From Octopus vulgaris (Eukaryota): DNA of 64,000 nt. This document shows, piece after piece, positions 12,011 through 23,618 of the stretch. How positions within the stretch are numbered: position 1 is the first letter of the stretch; every line of letters starts with the position of its first letter. Location of the stretch: the NCBI GenBank assembly GCA_951406725.2, contig OX597816.1, forward strand, positions 22,320,001 through 22,384,000, read 5' to 3'. The notes beneath the pieces are model-generated. The model ran no database searches and had not been told where the DNA came from. It worked only from the letters and a program-made list of their open reading frames with translations. The position numbers were made by a program, and so were the translations under genes.

Positions 12011-13927
12011 ATATGCATATTTAGACACAAGCACGAGGAGAGAGATGGAGGAAGAGAGAAGGTAAGTGGAGAAAGGGAGAGAGAGAAAAATGTATACATA
12101 CCCACATATATAAATACGAAGACGAGTATCAGTCACTAGAAGCTTGTAAATGATAAACCAAGGAGGTGATAAAAATAGAAATATTATATGAAACCAAACA
12201 CGCGAAAGACATTTCTGAAAATGGGTTGAATTATGAAGCGAAATATCAACAATAGAAATGAAGGAGAAAGACTATAAACACAGCTATGGAAATATCAGAA
12301 GAACATCTGATGTTGGGGCGGATATATTATATGATAGAGAAGGAGCAGAAATAGCAGAAGCAAGAGACTGTTCCCGTGTTTAAAATCATATACTCACACA
12401 GCATTGTTTGTTTGTGTATGCATATATACACACGTCCGTATAGTACATTCTTTACTATGCATGCACGCACACATAAGATATTTACGGTATTTATCCTGCT
12501 TTGTGAATGCGGGTCTTTCTGTTTTTGTCTCGTTTTGCCATTTGACAATATACAATCCTTGGTATTCTCACAGCTTTGTAAATATAGAAAAACGTCTTAT
12601 CCGCAGCCGTTGAGATTTTCCGGTTCTTTAAATTCGAGTTTAGCGTGTTTCTATCCATCGGGTGTTGTTTCTTTCTCTCTTATTAGATCGATAAAGATTA
12701 TTTATTAGCAACCTGCTTGTACCTGTTAAAATTTTCTAACAGAAATCTGTAACTTTATCAATTTTTGTTATTCTATATTTCTCCATGTTCTTATTGCACC
12801 TAAGTAATATATCCTGTTACATCTTGGCACATTAGTTTTCATGTGCTACACTTCCATTCTGTCCATACTATCCTTCGAATGCATTTATTCTACTTCCCTT
12901 GATGCGTTTAGTGCATTAAAACAGATTTATTTTCAACTTGTTATTGTTATAAAAGGTATTTCAACCGTGTTTCGTGGTCTGCTAACACAACAGCTCCTTT
13001 ATTGGATCCAGTTAGCTCAAGACATCATCAGGAGGAACCAAGCCCGGTTTCGGCCCCTACTCCTCTACTGTTTTGACGTGGTGGGGCTCCTCCTTTCGGA
13101 TGTGTTTTCAGCTCTGGTGTTGGGTGCATGTCTTCGTTCTTTCTTCTGTTCCTTGGCCTCTTCGATGTAGCGTCAACGAGTGTCAGCGGCGACTGACTGT
13201 CTTGTCAAAGTTTTTCCTTCAAATACCTGCTACTAGTAGAAATCAGAGTATTGCCTTTGTTTTAAAATCGTTGCTGCTTTTCATAGGGCCGAATCATTTG
13301 TAATGTCGCGAGCGACACTTCTTTTACTCGTGTTTTTTTTTTATAACATCTTTCTCTTTCCTGTTAGTAGCACTCTAAGTACTTCTTTTCTTCACATTGT
13401 GTCATATCTGTATATTAAATTTTATTTTTATGTTTCCCTAAGTATTTGGGAAGGTATGTTTACATTATCCAGTTCACGACGGTAAGGTGTGTCTCTTTTA
13501 TTCATCTGGCTTGCTTTTATTATTTTTAAAATGTCCTATTGATATCATTGTCATTTTGATACTTTCCTCGTTTAGACCTTTATAATCTGAAATATTTCTT
13601 GCATAAATTTTGAGTCATTGTTCCCCGTTTTTTAGATGTATCCATAGGTTTCTTATTTTTGCATCTTAACTGAAAAGCAACCAACTTTACAGAATCACGA
13701 GCGCTGCACAAACTGCTTAAATCATTTCTTCAGGCTTTACATTCAGATACCAAATTTTCCTGGAGGTCAGATTCTCTTTTTATCCTTTGTGTTTGAGGAT
13801 TGGGGTTGATGTGATCGACGAACAGCCACAAATTCCCCACCTTGTAGCTATAGTGGAAAGAGGTCGATGATGGGGATACCATAAAAGGGGCTTGTCTCTC
13901 GTGTCAGTTTGCAGCGTCTGCCTTCTC

Positions 13928-13968
13928 TGTTGCTGAGAGGAGGTAAACACTCCGAAATGCATGCGATA
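13928..13968 (+). ncRNA. Degenerate minimal type I hammerhead ribozyme relic
   Basis: TGTTG-CTGAGA-GGAG(GTAAACA)CTCC-GAAA-TGCA-TG-CGATA. Stems I and II and a palindromic stem III are present, but the core lacks one base and the cleavage-site base is G. Confidence 0.5.
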
Positions 13969-14085
13969 CGAACTAACTGGATGTGCTTCTACCTATCTGC
14001 CTACAGAATGAAATTTTCCCCATGACAAATTACTCTCAATGCCTTTGTTAGAGTTTCCACTATGCCTCAGGCATATTTGAACTTC

Positions 14086-14177
<92 letters not shown>

Positions 14178-14178
<1 letters not shown>

Positions 14179-14707
14179 TTTACTCGTTTCAGTCATTTGA
14201 CAGCGGCCAAGCTGGAGTACCGCCTTTCGCCAAACTCATCGACTCCAGGACTTATTTTTGTAAGTCCAGTTCTTATTCTATCGGCTCTTCTGCCAAACCG
14301 CTGTCACGAAGAAGTAAACATACCAACATCGGTTTTCAAGCGGTGGTAGGTGATAAACGCAGACACACAAACATATACATACACACACATTATATATATA
14401 TCATAACTTAGCGGTTCGGCAAAAGACACCGATAAAATAAGTACTAGGCTTACAAAGAATAGGTCCTGGGGTCGATTTGCTCGACTAATGGCGTTGCTCC
14501 AGCATGGCCGCAGTCAAATGACTGAAACAAATAAAAGAGTAAAAGAGTATATATATTCTTTGTTTTAGTTTGTTCTTTCTTTCTGTGTTCCTTCCTTTGG
14601 AAGACCGTAGGCTCGAAACGTTAAAGATATTTTCCCTTCCCTAGCGTTAAACTAATACATCTGTTTGTTGTCTACACCACCTGTCTTCGTCTTTTTTTGC
14701 AAATTTT

Positions 14708-14744
<37 letters not shown>

Positions 14745-14905
14745 GACGAGCTTCCTTCAGTTTCTGTCAACCGAATCCACTCACAAGGCTTTGGTCGACT
14801 CGAGGCTATAGAAGAAGACAGTGTGGCAACGTGCTATGCAGTAGGTCTGAACTCGCAATCATGTGGTTGGGAAGCAAGCTTCTCACCACACAGCCTCCCC
14901 TGCGC
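14178..14905 (-). mobile_element. SINE family A copy split by nested insertions (14404-14548 family A plus-strand tail; 14555-14710 family E)
   Basis: Tail at 14178-14390 and head at 14743-14905 are collinear on the minus strand. Confidence 0.8.
14555..14710 (+). mobile_element. Short repeat family E, copy 2
   Basis: GGAAGACCGTAGGCTCGAAACGTTAAAGA...AGCGTTAAACTAATACATCTGTTTGTTGTCTACACCACCTGTC is shared with the 7221 and 19540 copies. Confidence 0.85.
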
Positions 14906-14947
<42 letters not shown>

Positions 14948-14950
14948 CAA

Positions 14951-15019
14951 CATATGTGGTTGTATTCCTAGTTCATATGTGGTTGTATTCCTAGTTCATA
15001 TGTGGTTGTATTCCTAGTT
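14951..15019. repeat. 23-bp tandem repeat x3
   Basis: (CATATGTGGTTGTATTCCTAGTT)3, perfect copies. Confidence 0.95.
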
Positions 15020-16365
15020 CTTATTAAACATAATCTTTCGTTGGTGTATTTGAAAAGCTAATATTTCTGTTTTGTCATTTATTAATTTTCCTCGATTTTA
15101 TGCATCAATCTGCTACTTCATTTATTGTCCAGCTGAGTGTATGGTAACAGTAACATATAACTTCTCAAGTATAACTAATAATTGTTGAAAAAAATTTGTG
15201 GCTATTAATTCCAATATCCACATGAGAACAACATTGACAATAAGCCATCTGATTTTTAATCCCTACATTACTAACTTCTTTATTTTTCTTCCTAGATTTC
15301 GGTGAATATTGTGTTCAGTAATAGATCTTTACAGCCGTATAAGCGTTAGCATCAGCCTTTTCGCTCTTATGATAACAGATGTTGTTATTCTCGTTATATG
15401 TCTATTCCTTCAAGGCAATATTATTGTTAAGACCATGTAAGCTGTAAGCGTATAGATTATAGCTTCGTAGGTATTAATGTTGTGTCTTTAGACCCGAGGA
15501 TTAATAATGTGTTCCTCTCTCCGATATTTTGATGTGTTTCCGTATTTTATTAATCATTTTTATTATAAACTAATGCTTCCCTACTAAATAGTTTAGCCAA
15601 AAGTTTGGGATCTTATATCTTGAGAACTTACAGTTATATTTTTATTTGTAGCTTCAAGGCTGCTTTCAGTATCGTTAAGGCCTGCTACTACTGTTGACGT
15701 GATGTATTCGTTGTTTCCAACGATCTTCTCCGTTGATCACTTATTGATCCCGATGCTCCTTCAAGGAATACGCCTACTTTTGTAATTAGGTCTGCATTGA
15801 TTTTATATCGGTTTTCAGATGAAGGTATTAACTCCATTTCCTTCAAAGTTTGCTGTCGCCTATCATGCTACTGTATTCACGGAATGTAAGCAAGCACCTC
15901 TCATTTCAGAAGCGTTTTGATTTCAAATTTGTTATGTTATGTGAATGAAATTTTGTTTTGCTTGTGCGAGGCATTTGTTCATCAACAAATAGCTTTTACG
16001 TCATTTGTATACTCATATTTTTCTGTGTGGTGCATCTCGTTTCAGTGGTGGATGAGTGGTTGCTACTGAAGAGAGGAAATGATTGCAAAATATGATGCGT
16101 GTCATCTTTCATTTTCGAGACGATTTCGTTTCGCCTAACTTTGACGTATTGTGTTTTTAAACACAAGACGTCATTGAAGATATCTAGGAAGTAACTCAGA
16201 TTCACGGTATTTAACTCGCTCATGCATTAAGTATGTCATATTGATAATCGTTACATTTACGGTGCTTCAATAAAAAAATAAGCATACAATAGAGTATTAT
16301 ACTTCACACATATCTCTTTTTGGGAAAATGTTCCTTTACTCTTATTTGTCGTTTATATAGTTCAA

Positions 16366-16620
16366 GGTGGAGGCGCGTGGCTTAGTGGTTAGGGTGTCAG
16401 CATCATGATAGTAAGATTGTGGTTTCGATTCCTGGACCGGGTGATGCGTTGTGTTCTTGAGCAAAATAGTTTATTTCACGTTGCTCCAGTCCACTCAGCT
16501 GGCAAAAATGAGTAACGCTGCCATGGACTGGCGTCCTGTCCAGCTGGAGGGAACACATACGCCATTGAAACCGGGAAACCAGTCCCATGAGCCTGGCTAG
16601 GCTTCAAAACGGCGCATTTA
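16366..16620 (+). mobile_element. SINE family C (tRNA head, V-domain-like ATGGACTGGCGTCCTGTCCAG)
   Basis: A-box TGGCTTAGTGG and B-box GTTTCGATTCC. Homologous to 38545-38795 (-). Confidence 0.9.
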
Positions 16621-17649
16621 TGTTATTTATATAGTTCAAGGGACAGGACAGGAAACGTGTGGGATGGGGAGTCGCTGAAAAAGTCACATGATGAATGACG
16701 AAAGATTTCCCCAAAATATGGTCATAAAATAAAATAATAAAGAAGTGAAGTACATATCGACCCCACTGTTTAACTGGTACTTACTCTATCGAACTTGGGA
16801 AGATGAAACGCAATGTCAACCTTGGCAGCATTTGATCTGATAACGTAAAGACGACTAAAATGACACTGGAGCGACCGACATGATTTTATGCATACCTTTT
16901 AATTATATTCATTCATTATCAATTGGGCTCCACTTACTTTCGTTCTTCGCACTCGGCATATTTTAATTTCAAATAATATTACGTTGATAGTTTCTCCATT
17001 TGATGTGAAGGAATGGAAATATCTGTAGTAGTACAGACTCACTCGCTCCAGTTTTTAATTAAAATATACGAACAGCTCGATTTAATCACCATGCAGTCTG
17101 GACAAGCAGTTCCCACATGATTGTGGAGAAGACGATATCTATCACTTTTGTAGCATTTCTATGCTATTTTCTATGCATTTTAATGTAGAGATATCATCAT
17201 GTTACCCAGTGATATTATATACTATTTTCTATGTATATATTCAGACTTGTTAAGAAATAACCTATGAAAAAAGATAAACTCATTTGTCGTATGGGTGTGA
17301 TTGAATGATCTGCATTTTAATTTGCTGTCAGTTTTAAATTATATCGATCAGAGTTCACAGTCACTGTAACATTAACTTATATAGTTTTATCCATGTTAAG
17401 AATCGCCGGTTTCTCAGATGCATATAGATCAAGACGATTGCTAAAACATTAGTATAAGAAATGTAATACTTGCGCCAATTTATACGAACATAGCGCCTAA
17501 AAAAATAAAAATTTCTGAAGAAATTTCATGCTGCCGACATAGTTCTTATTCTTCACAGAAATTTTATGAATTTAGACTTCGTCTATGAAGTGAAAGTAAA
17601 GCTAACCTTGTTAACATGTGACAATTGTTTTTAAGTATATATATATGTA

Positions 17650-17962
17650 TATTTTACGTTCTTTACACTGTTTTACTTTTAGTAAACGTACAAATGTGCT
17701 AGGTGATATGTATATTTTCACAGCGATAGTGCTCTTCTCGGTACATGAGCCGTTCCAGTTAACACGATTTTTTGCACTTCCTGTAGGGATGGTAAGCCTG
17801 GAATCATTTTCAAATAGGTTTCAGTACCTTTTTTATCATTCCTAGAGATCCTACAATCACTGGTACTGTAGTCGCATTGAGATGCCACATTTTTTCAATT
17901 TCTATTAGCAGGTCTTTATATTTACTAATCTTGTCAAATTCTTTCGCCGCTATATTGTGATC
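17650..17962 (-). mobile_element. R4/Dong-type LINE 3' fragment
   Basis: 17962-17718 reads DHNIAAKEFDKISKYKDLLIEIEKMWHLNATTVPVIVGSLGMIKK..ETYLKMIPGLPSLQEVQKIVLTGTAHVPRRALSL*. The 5' junction abuts (TAA)n at 17963-17980. Confidence 0.9.
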
Positions 17963-18070
17963 TTATTATTATTATTATTATCAGCTAACATTCTTTATTT
18001 CCACTGATTTCCTTGCATTTTAGTGCAAATATGTAAACATGGTTTATTATACACGGGAATTATTATTACA

Positions 18071-18099
18071 TGATGACGGATCCGAAACGGCCGTACTCC
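18071..18099 (+). ncRNA. 5'-truncated minimal hammerhead relic
   Basis: TGATGA-CGGATCC-GAAA-C(GGCC)G-TA-CTCC. Palindromic stem III and GUA site are present; the 5' C of the core and the 5' strand of stem I are missing. Confidence 0.45.
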
Positions 18100-18744
18100 T
18101 ACGGATGAGAAGTGGTTAAATAAATATACCACCTTTCATACCGACCGGTTTTTATTATACACGCACAAATGCACACATATAAAACTTATCTGTAATAGTT
18201 CAAAAGGAATCTAAGTTCAAATATATATAAATACTTCGATATTTACAGAAATACCTTGAGTCTAAGCACAATGTAATAAGAGGGAGTATATTTCAAGCTG
18301 GGAAGATCAATAACTGACATTGTAACGTAAACGATCACGGAAGCTAGTGAGTTTTCACGCAGGTGAAAATGGAACATATTTGTGGAATGTGATGGGAAGT
18401 ACCGATATATCAATATCGGATGCTCCACGAGAGCACTTCCGGAGTCCACTTTTATGAGAAGCGATGAAGCATGAATACGCGTTTGATATAAAAAGAGTTT
18501 ATGCAATTTGCAGAGCTCGAGTGATGTAGATTTAATGTGGGGGTGTAAAAACAAATATATTATGCATGCATATTTTAATTTTATAGAACAGATAAGAGAA
18601 GGGAGGGGAAAGAGTAAATGTTTATTCTATTCGTTTACACCCGTTTCATAATATCAGTTATATAATACCTATCACATTAACGTTAATATATTTATAAAGT
18701 GAATAACAATAATAATAAAAGAACAAATCGTTAAAAATGTTATC

Positions 18745-19467
18745 AAGGGCCAGGAAATAAAATAGACCTATTCAGGTAAATTCATATTTAGAGATTTATA
18801 ATACTATGAAACAATTATTATTAATGGCATAAAAGAGACTATAGCTATGCTGAAATTAGACGCTAAATCGTCGGACTACACTAAATCATCACTTTAAAAA
18901 AAAAACAAATGTTGAAAGTGAGGGAGTAGGCTGACAAATTATGAAATAATTCACATAGACCTGGGTTGATCAATTTCTGGATTAGTTTAATGACTTCCTT
19001 CATCAGCAAAGCATACTGAAGGATATGAGACATTTATACATGCCTACAGAAAAGCAAGCACAAAGCTACGATTACATATACATACCACAGACATATTCAC
19101 ATCCAATTTCGTAGTCTAACTCAACATGTATGTATTTGGTCAGAGTAGTACGAGAATGACCAAACTGCCCCGAAGTCAATGGGAAAATTCAAATATAATA
19201 ATAAAGGATAAAATCTTCAAAACTTTTATCAGTGGCCACCATATAAAATATACCTATTAAGGTGAATTCACATAGAGAGATTTATAGCAGTATAAATTAC
19301 AATAACAATTGAGGGCACAGAGTGTAGTATGCCTATATGCTGAAAGTAGATGCTAAATCGTATTATAAAGTGATGATTGAAAGTGGTTCGAGGATTTAGC
19401 GTCTACTTTCAGCATATAGGCGTGGTACAATATGTGCCCTTAATTATAATGATCTTTTAGGCTATTG

Positions 19468-19480
<13 letters not shown>
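18745..19480. repeat. Direct plus inverted repeat cluster (~130-bp unit): copies at ~18750-18897 (+), ~19230-19360 (+), ~19365-19480 (-)
   Basis: GCTGAAA(G/T)TAGAYGCTAAATC occurs twice forward and once inverted (GATTTAGCGTCTACTTTCAGC), with flanking homology. Confidence 0.8.
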
Positions 19481-19506
<26 letters not shown>

Positions 19507-19516
19507 ATATATATGT

Positions 19517-19539
<23 letters not shown>

Positions 19540-19548
<9 letters not shown>

Positions 19549-19741
19549 TAAAAATCAAAAGACAGGTGGTGTAGACAACAAACAGGTGTATTAGTTTAAC
19601 GCTCGGCAGGTGAAAAAGTCTTTCACGTTTCGAGCCTACGCTCTTCCACAGAAAGGAACACAGAAAGAAACAAGGAGAAAAAAATTTTTAAATGTGTAGT
19701 GGCTAGCGATCTATCATGGCGAATGCCGGACAGTGGGGTCA
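19540..19741 (-). mobile_element. Short repeat family E, copy 3
   Basis: Reverse complement of the 7221 and 14555 copies. Core reads CTTT-CTGTGGA-A-GAGC(GTAG)GCTC-GAAA-CG-TG-AAAG. Confidence 0.85.
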
Positions 19742-20863
19742 TACATATATTTATGTCCATGTGTTTGTGTTTACATACTATAAGCGCTTGAGGAATTTCT
19801 TTACATAGTGAAGGCCATGGCCAAAAAGGGGATTCTTCATATATATGACAACGATATTTATTCCAAATTTATCAATTTATGGCATTTTACGGAGCTGCAG
19901 ATGATTCTATATTTCATTTCAAAATTTGCAATTCATTTAAACTTTAGATACTATCTATACGATATTTTGATGAATTTAGTTAATGTAATTCATTATAAAC
20001 TTATAATTTATTACCACCTCGTTGTTGTTAATAATGAAATTATGAGAAGCCTATGTTGTAAGGTAACAATTTTAAATTAAATACTGGTATGTCATCAAAT
20101 AGATTGCCTGAAAGGACTTCTAAAATCAACACAAATTAATGCATTTTTCAAATATATCTGCGCACCATTCCTTGTTTTAGTCAAGAGAAACTGAACACTG
20201 GTAACTTTGATGGACCTTAGACAAAATAATATAGAAAATATGAAATATTTAATTATTTAATTAAAGATTTTGAAAAGATATTTAGTTGTGGGCAACAACA
20301 AATATATGGAAGTCTTATAAAGAAGTCATCTTTATTTCTTTCCAGAATCTAATATGTGATCAAAGTAGTATAGTGCTTATCTTAATCGTGATATTTACTT
20401 GGTACTTGATATATTTTACAGTTTTATTGTTTTCGTATTCAATAGATAGAGGTGAATTGTACACGGCAAACTGCACCAGTTCTAGTCATATCAACATTTC
20501 ATACGGAACATATTGCTAAAAGTTTCTAAAATATTTTAAACATGAATCGGAAATCTACGACGTAAAGTTGCGGTTAAAAACGTATCCTAGTGTAATAAGT
20601 AAACAAATGGATATGTAACACTTGGGATATTGATATAAATGTTATGTGACATAAACACTGTGTGATGGAAGTTGTTTAAGACTTTCAAAAGTGTTTCTAA
20701 GTTTTCATGTGAATTGGAAGGCATTGGGTACGTCTAAAATATGTACGGAATAACCAACTTAAACATCAATCTTGTCTGTGTGTGTGATTGTGTTAGTCTG
20801 TTTGTGCACGTGACGATGTGCAAGATATTTAGCGCATTTATATACACATTATATATGTGTACA

Positions 20864-21153
20864 GGTGGAGACGCAATGGCCCAGTGGTTAGCGTAGCGGA
20901 CTCGCGGTTTCGATTCCCAGACCGGGCGTTGTGTGTGTTTATTAGGCAAAAACACCTAAAGCTCAACAACGATCCGGCAGGGGGTTATGGTGACCCCTGT
21001 TGTACTCTTTCACCCCAACTTTCTCTCACTCTTTCTTCCTGTTTCTTGAGTAACGCTGCGATGGAGTGGCGTCTCGTCCAACTAGAGCGGAACATACGCC
21101 ACAGAAACCGGAAACCGGGCTCATGAGCCTGGCTAAGCTTGAAAAAGGCGCAT
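20864..21153 (+). mobile_element. Chimeric SINE: family D head and body with family C tail
   Basis: The 5' part matches the 25727 and 62941 copies; the 3' part matches 16510-16620. Confidence 0.8.
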
Positions 21154-21227
21154 TAGTGAAAAAATGTGTGTACATGAAATTTTATAATTTATTGTAATGA
21201 TGCACGTACAGTTATTTGGGTTACCGC

Positions 21228-21620
21228 TTTGACTCTTTCACTTGTTTCAGTCATTTGACTGCGGCTATGCTGGAGCACTACCTTTAGTTGAATAAATCAA
21301 CCCGAGGACTTATTCGTTATAAGCCAAGTACTTATTCTACCGGCGTTTTTTTTTGCTGAGCCGCTAAGTGACGGGGACTTAAACACACGAACATTTGTTG
21401 TCAAAGGAGGGTGGTCCGACAAAGACAAACAACAAACACATACATGTAAATGTTCACGATAGGCTTCTCTCAGTTTCCATCTACCAAATTCACTTCCAAA
21501 GCTCTGGTCGGCCTGAGGATACAGTAGAAGACACTTGTCCAAGGTGCCACGCAGTGGGACTGGACCCGGAACCATATGGTTATGAAACAAACTTCATACC
21601 ACACAGCCACTCCTACGCCT
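21228..21620 (-). mobile_element. SINE family A
   Basis: Full-length reverse-complement similarity to other family A copies. Confidence 0.9.
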
Positions 21621-23149
21621 ATGTTATTCATTTATTTTAACAACACGGTTTCGTGCTCAGTTCTGCGTCAGGCATTGTGTGAATGACTTCTGGTACAAAC
21701 TCGGGGTAGAAAATGTGTTGTGAGTAACTTTCGTAAATGAAATCTCGGCAAAAGCCAGAAGAAATGGACTCATATATAAAGTAGGAGTATCGAAAATGGA
21801 CCGGTGTATATAGAATAGAATATTATATTAATTCAAATAGCTCTTCGTGTCTTCAACATTATGTTCAACAGAGGTGGTTGAAGTCTGGCCAGTGACAGAG
21901 ACAAAAGATTCCCCATTAAAACCATTACGATTATCTTCAACATCATCGACAACAGTGATAAATACATTCTCCTTCACTATCGCACGAGCCTTATTATCAT
22001 GATGGTCAACATTATAATGACTATGGCTAGGAACAGGATGAGCTCATCACCAGTAGTAGTAGTAGTAGCAGCAATAGCAGAAGCTGCAATTTTCCGCTAA
22101 CACGGATAAAAAAGCAACACGTGACTCATTTGCATGCGAATCTCTTCAGTGCATGACCCACTTTAGTAAACGCGGGATATGTTAATGTGTTTTGTTCGTC
22201 TACGATGACATGCATGTAAGTATATGCCACGAGGCTGTGTATGTCTAAGCGCATGTGATGGCCACACTGTTTATGTATATGTGTGTGTGCCCGTGTGTGT
22301 GTTTATGACATTGGATGTGTGGACGTGAGGAACAGTCTAATCACGTAATGGCATTAAAATTCTCAACTCATGAACTTATTTCTGAAACTTTGCTATTCAT
22401 TTATCATTTCGTTTCTATTTGTTGTATTCCATTACAATTTGTGAATCATCTCTGTGTTTGTGGTTTCATATTCACTTTCGCTTCTTTTTGTTGCTTTTGT
22501 TTCCTTTTATAAAGTGACATAGAGGATATTTTGCAGACATCCATTTAACAAGTCAATAAATAACATATTTTATATTACCAACTAACATAAAGCTTAAAAA
22601 TAAAAAAAAGCAAGAAAAATATTTATCTCCCCGCCAGCCACAAACACCACCACAACTTCCATTCGTTATTAATGACATCAATTGTCCAGTCCGATTCGTT
22701 TCTAGACTCACCAGTTAGTATAACCAGCTATAAGTGTCTTGTTTCTCATGTCTTGTGACTGGTTTCCTTTTTTCGCATGAAATGAGAAGAAATAAGAAAA
22801 CTGTTAGATTTTACAAATAAAAACTTTTGCTCCAAATTTGTATCATTATATTCAACAAGATGTTCCAACTCATTTTTGGCTTCGATTCTGTATGTAGAAA
22901 GTTTTGAATGCAACTTTCTATATACGAAATAATGTAAAGAATCTGAAAGAACGAGTAGTGTGTAATATATCCGATGGCCTTTTGAACTTAGGTATATAGA
23001 CTACTTTTTTGTATTTAAGAGTATTGTTGTGTGCTGCGACTATAATAAATTCTTTCATTTTGCGAACATCGACATTTTTTAAAGAAAAAGTATTCGACGG
23101 TTTACGAGAACATATATAATAACGATACGACGTGTTTGATAATAGGAAG

Positions 23150-23618
23150 AACGGGTGAAAAGGTGATAGGTTGACCAAGATACTGTTATGGAATGTGACT
23201 AAATGAGAATAATTTTGCAACATAGTTACCCTCTGCGGTTCAAATTTTTTCCATTGGTGTCGCAGTGCTTCTACCACATTGCTGAAGATTTCTTTATCCT
23301 TCTGGTCGAAAAGTTAACCAACAAAACATATGACGACATACTACGATACAGGTTCCCAAACAAGTGGGGTTATTTTTCATGTTAGGGAATAAATGATAGT
23401 CAGATGGAGTCAAATCAGGAGAAGAGAGGGGAACATCGATTAGTTCAAAGTCAGTCTTTGACAGCATCAATTGAAATAAGGAGTGTGCTGGAGCAACTGT
23501 TCTGATAAAACAAACCGCTTTCGTCAGTTTTTCTGAGACTTTTGTCGTGATAGCCTTTCGTAACTAGCTCAACAATTTGCAATAGTACTCTCCGTTGATG
23601 CTGTAACCTTTGTGAAGA
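23150..23618 (-). mobile_element. Mariner 3' fragment (catalytic region, C-terminus and right TIR)
   Basis: Minus strand: GYSINGEYYCKLL, GLFYQNSCS (cf. LFHQDNAP), SPDLTPSDYHLFP, ALRHQWKK. Confidence 0.8.

Larger units (their letters stand above)
12700..15950 (-). mobile_element. Possible very degenerate RTE-like LINE, fragmented by younger insertions
   Basis: Only weak motifs on the minus strand (RINAFE, QID, RRNGV-like), in the order expected for APE then RT. Confidence 0.3.

Noticed and set aside
13020-13060. Type II hammerhead on the minus strand (GAAA...CTGATGA)
   Set aside because: Only 4 nt lie between the cleavage site and the core, and there is no stem II pairing.
14951-15019. CRISPR-like array
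   Set aside because: Contiguous tandem repeat without spacers, in eukaryotic DNA with no cas genes.
18362-18457. Possible terminal exon after TTTTCACGCAG (GENGTYLWNVMG...)
   Set aside because: Short, with no recognisable homology and no partner exons identified.
21860-22090. Possible exon
   Set aside because: Degenerate trinucleotide repeats with stops and no recognisable protein motif.
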